Assembly: GCA_965215185.1 (NCBI GenBank)
Contig: OZ244034.1
Location: forward strand, 1,696,001 to 1,760,000
Length of the DNA: 64,000 nt
From: Acidimicrobiia bacterium
Lineage (GTDB): Bacteria; Actinomycetota; Acidimicrobiia; Spongiisociales; ZC4RG35
Reading direction: 5' to 3'
Shown: piece after piece, positions 57,772-64,000 of the stretch
Layout of the letters: each line of letters starts with the position of its first letter
Numbering within the stretch: the stretch's first letter is position 1
The notes under the pieces: model-generated
What the model saw: only the letters and a program-made list of their open reading frames with translations
Told to the model about the DNA's origin: nothing
Databases searched by the model: none
Program-made: the position numbers and the translations under genes

Positions 57772-58780
57772 TTATGTCTGCAGTATGCGCCGGGAGAGGT
57801 CCCGGGCCCCGTCCATGTCGGAGACAAACCGGTCGGCGGGGACTCTCGACAGCACATCGAGTACTTGAAGACTCTCGGCCACCGGACCCTCAAGGCCCAA
57901 CACGATGCACTCGGTGTCCTCGGCTATTGCAACATCGATCAACTGCCCAACGACCAGGGCCGCGCTGTCATCCATGGTAATCGGCGCCGGAAAAGTCGAG
58001 GATCACCACCTCATGATCCCGAATATCCACGCTGAGCGTGCCAACCATCTTGTTGGAAGAAGCCACCGTGAAGGTCCCCTGGAAGGCCACCAATCCCACC
58101 CGCGCCGAGAAAGGATCCATATCCTGGCTGATTGTCCTGTCCATCAGGAAACTGTGGTCCAGCAGTGGCACGGAAATTATATTGTCCAACTCCAGATGCT
58201 CCAGTTGCAACGCACTCACCATTCCGGCCACCACCAGACCCACCACCGCCGTCACCAGATCGAGGAAGACCGTAAGCCCCAGAGTGGTCGCCATCACCAC
58301 CAGGTTCTCCCGTTTGATGTAGCGGATGCGGGTAAGAAAACGCCAGTCGATGATGTCCCAGCCGACCTTCATCAGAATGCCGGCAAGAGCCGCCAGAGGG
58401 ACCTGCTCGACAAACCCCCCGAGACCCAAGACCAGACCAAAGAGGATTGCTGCGCTTGTCATCCCCGACAATCTGCTCAATCCGCCGGCCCGGGCATTTA
58501 CCACTGTCCCGAGCGTGTTGCCGGCGCCGGGAACTCCTCCCACCAAACCGGCGAGCATGTTGCCCACGCCCTGGCCCATCAATTCCTGGTTGGGTTATGT
58601 TGGTTACGGGTGATCGAATCGGCTATCAGAGCGGTAAGCAAGGTATCGATGGCGCCCAGTAGGGCGAGGGTCAGAGCCGGCTGCACCGCGCCAGCCAGAA
58701 GGTCGCGGTGGGTTGGGATGATTGGGTGTTGATGGTGGTGGGGGGGAGGCTAGACCGGCCGGGCAGGTCACCTGCGGGGT
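57772..58780 (-). pseudogene. SulP family anion transporter pseudogene (5'-truncated, frameshifted)
   Basis: LALLGAIDTLLTA / ELMGQGVGN..GGVPGAG..TVVN / STAS-like ILDFS..MDDSA lie in three frames; N-terminal half absent. Confidence 0.85.
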
Positions 58781-58899
58781 GGGTTAGGTGGGGTGGATGG
58801 CCCGGAGAAAGGATTGGGAACCAGACATCAGGTATTTAGCGACGGCAATTACCCCCAACCGCAAAGCGTTACCAGGCATCGTTATTGTCCACGGCGGTG

Positions 58900-58987
58900 T
58901 GACCTTTTCTGCTCGATGTGGGATCATGCAACAGGATGCACTGACCTTTTCTGCTCGACCCGCGCCGTGGGATCATGCAACAGGATG
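58900..58987. repeat. Imperfect tandem duplication, two copies of about 40 bp
   Basis: TGACCTTTTCTGCTCGA at 58900 and 58942; GTGGGATCATGCAACAGGATG at 58918 and 58967. Confidence 0.9.
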
Positions 58988-59054
58988 GTCTGCCGAGACA
59001 CCCGAAGCCCGGCATTAACCCAAGGTGTGGCTACAACTTGGGAGAAAGTACACC

Positions 59055-59463
59055 CTAGGCGGAAGAATCCCGGCCAGTGAGGGCGCGGGCCGCCTCGACG
59101 ATCGACGCCAGCGAGCTTCCGGGCGGGAACACCCCGACGTTGCGTTCCGTCAGCCGAGATATGGCCTGAGGCGGCACGGTCCCACCCACGAACACAGGAA
59201 TGTCCCCCACTCCGGCCGTTTCCATCTCGTCGAGGGTCCTCTCCACCACCTCCACCCGGCCACCGACGTTGATTCCCACCAGGTCGACGTCTTCGGCGGC
59301 CGCCACGCTGGCGATCTCGCTGGGTCGTAGCATCCCACCCAGGATCACTTCGAATCCAGCTTCCCGAAGCGCCCGTGCCACCACCGCCACTCCCCGCCAG
59401 TGACCGTCCAAGCTGCATCTTGGCCATCAGCACCCGAGCGGGCGGTGGGAGATGATCAGACAT
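59055..59463 (-). pseudogene. Cobalamin-binding small subunit of acyl-CoA mutase with a +1 frameshift
   Basis: RVLMAK (frame from ATG 59463) and LDGHWRG..VARALREAGFEVI..VFVGG (next frame) are joined only by removing 1 nt near 59417; real lesion or sequencing error. Confidence 0.8.
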
Positions 59464-61093
59464 TGATCGGCGCCTGCCAGTGCCAGTCCCCGAAAGTCCC
59501 CCTCAGCACATCCCCGATCTCACCGATGGAGGCATCGGAGCTCACCGCCTCCATGAAAGCGGGAATGGAGTTCACCGAATCGTTGCGGCACACCGCTTCC
59601 AAGTTGCGAAGCGCCTTCATGGCCCCCTCCCGATGACGGGTGCGACGAAGGTCGGAGAGACGCTCCATGGCCATCTCCCAGGTCTGGGCGCCCGAGCGCC
59701 CCTCGAAGGCCTTCACCTCCATGATGGGATCATCGATGGTGTGGGTGTTCACCCCCACTATCGCTCGATCCCCCGTCTCAATTCCCGCCACGATGCGCTG
59801 ATTGTTCTCCTCGGCGCACTCCAAGAGAAATCCGTCGTCGAGCACCGCCAAGAATCCTCCCCGGGATTGGATCTGCTCGAAGAACTTCCAGCCTCGCTCC
59901 TCCAGTTCACCGGTGAGAGACTCGATGTAGTAGCTCCCGCCCAGCGGGTCGGCCACCTCCCGAAGGCTGATCTCGTTTTGGAGGATCTGCTGGATGCGAA
60001 TAGACATCAGGTGGGCGTGGTCGGAGGGGATGGACATCGCCTCGTCGTAGCCGGACACTCCCAGGGACTGGGTGCCTCCCAACACCGACGCCAGCGCCAT
60101 CAGCGTTCCCCGCACGATGTTGTTGAAAGGCTCCTGGTAGGTCATGGCGCTGCCGGCGGTCACCACGTGGATTCTCATCTGCCGAGCTTTCTCATCGGTG
60201 ATCCCATAGCGCTCCGCCAGCATGTCCGACCACATCTTGCGGGCCGCTCGCAATTTGGCGGCATCTTCGAATATCTCCATGGACACCCGGAAATTGACCC
60301 CTCCGATGCGATGCGCCAAGCGTTCCACATCCACCCTGCCGCGCGCCGCGATCATGTCAAGGTACTGGGCGGCGTTGGCCATCACCGCCCCCAATTCCTG
60401 GAACGCCGAGAGGCCGCTGTCCGCCGCGTTGTAACCGGCGATGGAGACGGGCACCCACCGAGGCATCCGCTCCGAGCACCACTCGATCAGATCCAGGTTG
60501 AAGCGGATCGCCGCCTCGGGGGGGATCTGCTCCTTGGTGGGACACCCCAGGTAGGTAAGAAAGAAGTCGCTCTGTCCCGTCCCGGCCAGCTTCTCGAGCG
60601 GAATTCCCCGCCGAACGGCCACCGACCAGTAGCAGGGCAGCGTGTAGACCGCTGATTGGGCTACTCCACCTCCCGGCTTGGCGTAGATCGATTCAAGGGG
60701 GAGATCCGCGAGAATGGTCTCATAGTCCCGCAAGCCCACCGTGACCGTCCCGGTCAGGCCCACATCCTCCCGCCTCTCCACGATCTCGGGGTGATCGACA
60801 TCGTATAGGTGGTCGTCGGTCATCCGGTCGTGCTTGATAATGATCCCGGTTTCGCCCGCCTCGAACAGGAGAAACTTGAGCCGCTTGTTCATGTCCTCGG
60901 GATTGCCGTACCCCGAGAGTTGGAAGATCCGCCAGGGCCTGTCCCGGTACATACGGGGATAGGCGCCGCGCAGATAGGGCGCCTTACCGGGTGGCGCGGC
61001 CAGGGCCTCTCTGATTCCGGCCGGGACATCCTCCGGCCCATACACCAGCTTGAGTGGTATTCCAGAGGTGGTCTCGGGTTGGTTTTCGATCAT
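59456..61093 (-). CDS. B12-dependent acyl-CoA mutase large subunit, divergent specificity
   Basis: SGIPLK.VY, PY.RG.YP.MY, AKLRAARKMW, NNIVR, LGGTQSL..YDEA, DPLGGSYYIE, VGVN. Confidence 0.92.
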   Translation of the reverse strand: MIENQPETTSGIPLKLVYGPEDVPAGIREALAAPPGKAPYLRGAYPRMYRDRPWRIFQLSGYGNPEDMNKRLKFLLFEAGETGIIIKHDRMTDDHLYDVDHPEIVERREDVGLTGTVTVGLRDYETILADLPLESIYAKPGGGVAQSAVYTLPCYWSVAVRRGIPLEKLAGTGQSDFFLTYLGCPTKEQIPPEAAIRFNLDLIEWCSERMPRWVPVSIAGYNAADSGLSAFQELGAVMANAAQYLDMIAARGRVDVERLAHRIGGVNFRVSMEIFEDAAKLRAARKMWSDMLAERYGITDEKARQMRIHVVTAGSAMTYQEPFNNIVRGTLMALASVLGGTQSLGVSGYDEAMSIPSDHAHLMSIRIQQILQNEISLREVADPLGGSYYIESLTGELEERGWKFFEQIQSRGGFLAVLDDGFLLECAEENNQRIVAGIETGDRAIVGVNTHTIDDPIMEVKAFEGRSGAQTWEMAMERLSDLRRTRHREGAMKALRNLEAVCRNDSVNSIPAFMEAVSSDASIGEIGDVLRGTFGDWHWQAPINV

Positions 61094-61158
61094 TGAGTTG
61101 GGGGTGTTGTGATAGTCCTAGTCTGTCGACAACTTTACCGGTCCTTTGCCTCTCCCCT

Positions 61159-61340
61159 CACGAAACAACACTTCCACGGCCGGGGTATCGAGTTCCCAGG
61201 CGACCCTGTTCGACCAACCGGAGGACCATCGCTGCGGTGACCGGCTTGTTGATCGAGGCGATCCAGCACACCGCATCGAGCGTCATCGACTCCTCTTCCT
61301 CCACAGAGCACAACACGTCTGGGCTGCGGCACACATAGAC
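61159..61340 (-). pseudogene. Fragment of a serine hydrolase (beta-lactamase/esterase family)
   Basis: Minus strand reads MTLDAVCWIASINKPVTAAMVLRLVEQGRL (SxxK), then LELDTPA after a frameshift; not in the ORF track. Confidence 0.7.
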
Positions 61341-61358
61341 AATGTCCGGGTCCGGAGC

Positions 61359-61829
61359 CTACCCTTCACTCTCCTCTGCGTCGTCGTCAGCAAAGACCTT
61401 TCCAGTGAAATAATCCTGCATCACCTCTAGGTTGATCTCGGTGTTCCCGGGTGCTCCTGGAGGAAGACCATCGCGAGCCTCGATCCAGGGGCGCTCTCGA
61501 CAGGTGACCATCGTTAATTGCGAGAGGGTCCAATCACCAAACATTGTCAGGACGGCCTCCACCGATTCCTTCTCCTCAGGAATAAGCCGACCAGGGTCCC
61601 CATCCTCAGGCCAAGGGCTCTCCAAAAGGAACTGACCCAGATGTTGGTTCATTATCGGTCTCACCACCGGACCGCTCGCCCAAGCTTCGATCGGCTCTTC
61701 GAATAGCGGCACGCCATCCCACGCCAGGTGAAATCCCTGGCAGAAATAGAGAAGCCTATGCAGCTTCAGGGTAAACGTGTTGCCCAGCTTCTCCACCAAG
61801 AGGGCGGCTACATCGCGGGCGCTGACCAT
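61359..61829 (-). CDS. Panacea domain (DUF4065/SocA/GepA-like) protein
   Basis: SARDVA, LKLHRLLYF.QG.HLA, LFEEPIEAW..GPV, E.PW..AR; SD AAGGAG before ATG 61829. Confidence 0.9.
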   Translation of the reverse strand: MVSARDVAALLVEKLGNTFTLKLHRLLYFCQGFHLAWDGVPLFEEPIEAWASGPVVRPIMNQHLGQFLLESPWPEDGDPGRLIPEEKESVEAVLTMFGDWTLSQLTMVTCRERPWIEARDGLPPGAPGNTEINLEVMQDYFTGKVFADDDAEESEG

Positions 61830-61959
61830 TTGTCTCCTTTCTTCAGTACTTGAGAACATAATGGGAGGGTGTGACAAAACCGGCAGTAGGCCAGGCAGCG
61901 GAGAGAGGCCGGACAACTAGAGTGGTGAGCGCCCATAGTCGTACAAGAAAGCTCCGCCA

Positions 61960-62361
61960 ATGGTCGTTATCCGCACTGCCCGAGGGGGCGGGCGTTTCGA
62001 AGAGGTGGGTTCTTATGTGCGGGCGCGCCGGGTGGGACCCTTCGTGTTCGTGGCCGGCACCACCGCCGTGGAACCAAGCGGCAAGCTGCATGCCCCCGGC
62101 GACGCCTACGCCCAGACCCATTACATCCTGGACCGCATCGAAAAGGCTCTCATGCAGGTGGGCGCATCCCTCTCTGATGTGGTCAGAACACGAGCTTTTT
62201 TCTCCGAAAGCGCCGCCGCCGGAGGTTTCATCAGGGCCCACGGTGAACGCTTCCGGGGAATCGAGCCGGTGTTGACTGGCGTGGAGGCCGGTTTGACAGT
62301 AGAGGGCATGATGGTCGAGATCGAGGTAGATGCCTTGCTGATCGACGAATTGGCCCACTGA
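61960..62361 (+). CDS. RidA/YjgF family protein
   Basis: YVRARRVG, VAGTT, DVVRTR, P..T, VEIEVDA. Confidence 0.88.
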   Translation: MVVIRTARGGGRFEEVGSYVRARRVGPFVFVAGTTAVEPSGKLHAPGDAYAQTHYILDRIEKALMQVGASLSDVVRTRAFFSESAAAGGFIRAHGERFRGIEPVLTGVEAGLTVEGMMVEIEVDALLIDELAH

Positions 62362-62396
62362 GAAACAGTCGGCGGGTTTTCCCAAGGGGAAGCGGG

Positions 62397-62428
62397 ATGA
62401 CGTTGTATAGTGTTTCACGACAACTCAT
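62397..62428 (+). promoter_or_regulatory. Promoter with operator-like dyad upstream of the APC permease
   Basis: TATAGT -10 at 62406-62411 inside ATGAcGTTGT-N13-ACAACTCAT; SD TAAGGAGG at 62473. Confidence 0.5.
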
Positions 62429-62487
62429 TTAAGGCGGGCCCGGGTGGTTCGCCCCTGACGTAATAACTACGGTAAGGAGGACCTCAA

Positions 62488-63963
62488 TTGACCTCTAGTA
62501 CTGATCAGGGCCTTATCAAGGCGCTTTCTACCCGGGATGTCTTTATGGCCGGGGTCGGGCTGGTGGTCGCCAGTTCCACCCTGGTATCGGACTTCGAAGG
62601 GTGGATCGGCATAGGCACCGCCTTTGCCATGGCCTTGTTGATGGGCTTTGTCATCAACTTGCTCCTAGGACTTTCCGCCGCCGAACTGGCGGTGACCTAC
62701 CCGAGAGCAGGCGCGCTCTACGACTATGGCGCGGCCGCTTTCGGGGGTAAGGGCGCCAAAGCGTCCGTAACGGGAATCTTCCTGGGATTTTCCTTCTACG
62801 CCATGTTCGCGCTGGTCGGAGCGTTGGAAACCAACGCCGGCGCCTTCGGACTGCGGGCCCTATTCAACACCAACGACGCCGAAATCTTGGATACCAGCAC
62901 TGCTGACGTGCTTCTGCCTTGGATTATCGGCATGACCATCCTGGCGGTTATCCCCAACCTGCTGGGAATTCAGATCCTGGCCCGGGTCGAGTTCCTGGTG
63001 GTAATAGTGATGCTGTCCATCCGCTGGATCTTCGGATTGTTCGGATACTTCGGCGCCGGCAACACCGGTGGCTGGAGCGCCGGCAACTGGGACGCCGGTC
63101 TCAGCATGTGGGACTGGTTCGGCTCTGAAGGGGTAATCGCCGCCGGGCTGATCATCGCCATCTGGTCGTTCATTGGCATCGAGTTCGTCGGTCCACTAGC
63201 CGAGGAGACCAAGGATCCGGCTCGCATGATCCCCAAGGGGATCGTATGGGGCTTGGTCGCCATCTTGGCCACCTCGCTGTTCATGGGCTTCGGCGTGCTG
63301 GGCACCGCCTCGACCTCCACCTGGCAAGCTGGTTTGGACGCTTCCGGCTGCGGCGGAAACTGCACCCAGTTGTTCGTGGGACGCGAGTTCTGGGGTGAGG
63401 GTGGCCGTTATCTGATGGCCGCGGCCAGTGTTCTGGCAACCTTTGCCTCGATGACCATCGTCTATGCCGGGATGCCCCGGATTCTTTACGGGATATCCCG
63501 CAACGGTCATCTCTTCGGACCCCTCTCCCGCATCTTCTCCAGGCTTCATCCCCGCTACCGCACCCCTTGGTGGGCAATAATCATCACCGCCATCCTCTAC
63601 GTGATTGTCGGCGCCACCGCCGGAACGGTGGTGGAGTTGATCTTCACCGGCGCATACCTGTGGCTGCTGCTCTATGTGGCCTTCCACATCGTGGTGATAG
63701 TCGGCCGGGTGATGGATCCGGATGTGGACCGTCCTTACAAACTGCCGCTGATCATCCCGATCATCGGCGCCCTGATCACCCTATACGGGATCTCCGTAGC
63801 CTTCGGTGGGGCCCACTGGGGTGAAGGAGGTTTCTTGATCGACACCGCTTCCAACCTGAAACTTGGGCCGGTTCTCTGGGTCTTCGTAGGCTCGTTGATC
63901 GCCGCCCCCATTTCCTACGCAATGCGTAAGTCCTCAGGGATGGAAAGCCGGTACAGCTCCTAG
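62488..63963 (+). CDS. APC family amino acid/amine permease
   Basis: ~12 TM; AELAVTYPRAG, WSFIGIE..AEE.KDP, LHPRYRTP, RPYK. Confidence 0.92.
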   Translation: MTSSTDQGLIKALSTRDVFMAGVGLVVASSTLVSDFEGWIGIGTAFAMALLMGFVINLLLGLSAAELAVTYPRAGALYDYGAAAFGGKGAKASVTGIFLGFSFYAMFALVGALETNAGAFGLRALFNTNDAEILDTSTADVLLPWIIGMTILAVIPNLLGIQILARVEFLVVIVMLSIRWIFGLFGYFGAGNTGGWSAGNWDAGLSMWDWFGSEGVIAAGLIIAIWSFIGIEFVGPLAEETKDPARMIPKGIVWGLVAILATSLFMGFGVLGTASTSTWQAGLDASGCGGNCTQLFVGREFWGEGGRYLMAAASVLATFASMTIVYAGMPRILYGISRNGHLFGPLSRIFSRLHPRYRTPWWAIIITAILYVIVGATAGTVVELIFTGAYLWLLLYVAFHIVVIVGRVMDPDVDRPYKLPLIIPIIGALITLYGISVAFGGAHWGEGGFLIDTASNLKLGPVLWVFVGSLIAAPISYAMRKSSGMESRYSS

Positions 63964-64000
63964 CCAAAACTCGAAAATAACCAGTAAAGAAGCCCGCGGG

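Noticed and set aside
58900-58987. CRISPR array
   Set aside because: Only two copies, no spacer-length unique sequence, no cas genes
59400-59425. Programmed ribosomal frameshift in the B12 subunit
   Set aside because: No slippery sequence or homopolymer at the site
61094-61160. Cobalamin riboswitch upstream of the mutase
   Set aside because: Too short; no B12-box consensus seen
1-64000. Prophage, IS, integrase or anti-phage defence operon
   Set aside because: No transposase, recombinase or phage genes recognised; only the lone Panacea gene

Overview
GC-rich bacterial chromosome segment. Gene content (GarA-type FHA cluster, Topo_C-type TopA, F420-dependent enzymes, many leaderless genes) fits Actinomycetota, possibly Acidimicrobiia; this is inferred, not proven. 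The left ~30 kb is mostly housekeeping: lhr 3' end, ftsK, rnhB, yqgE, add, a gcvT/MerR/DUF151/hpt/dacA/FHA/gcvH/pgsA-type cluster, holB-tmk-MFS, topA, an osmoprotectant ABC transporter and ffh-rpsP-khpA-rimM. The right ~34 kb is an accessory catabolic region: acyl-CoA dehydrogenases, enoyl-CoA hydratase, CoA ligases, a peptide-type ABC transporter with no binding protein, cyclase, two LLM enzymes, an atypical 2-oxoacid dehydrogenase, ackA, a thiolase-like/OB-fold pair, a taurine module (xsc plus class III aminotransferase), a divergent B12-dependent acyl-CoA mutase, an orphan Panacea antitoxin, an APC permease and several pseudogenes. Main leads: (1) a B12 mutase with nearly all specificity residues rewritten, next to a taurine/acyl-CoA locus; (2) a miniaturised GcvPA-like protein in place of glycine decarboxylase; (3) ffh apparently starting at ATT; (4) a USP-CBS protein heading the osmoprotectant operon. 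No rRNA, tRNA, CRISPR array or transposase was seen. All family assignments come from motif recognition by eye, without database searches.
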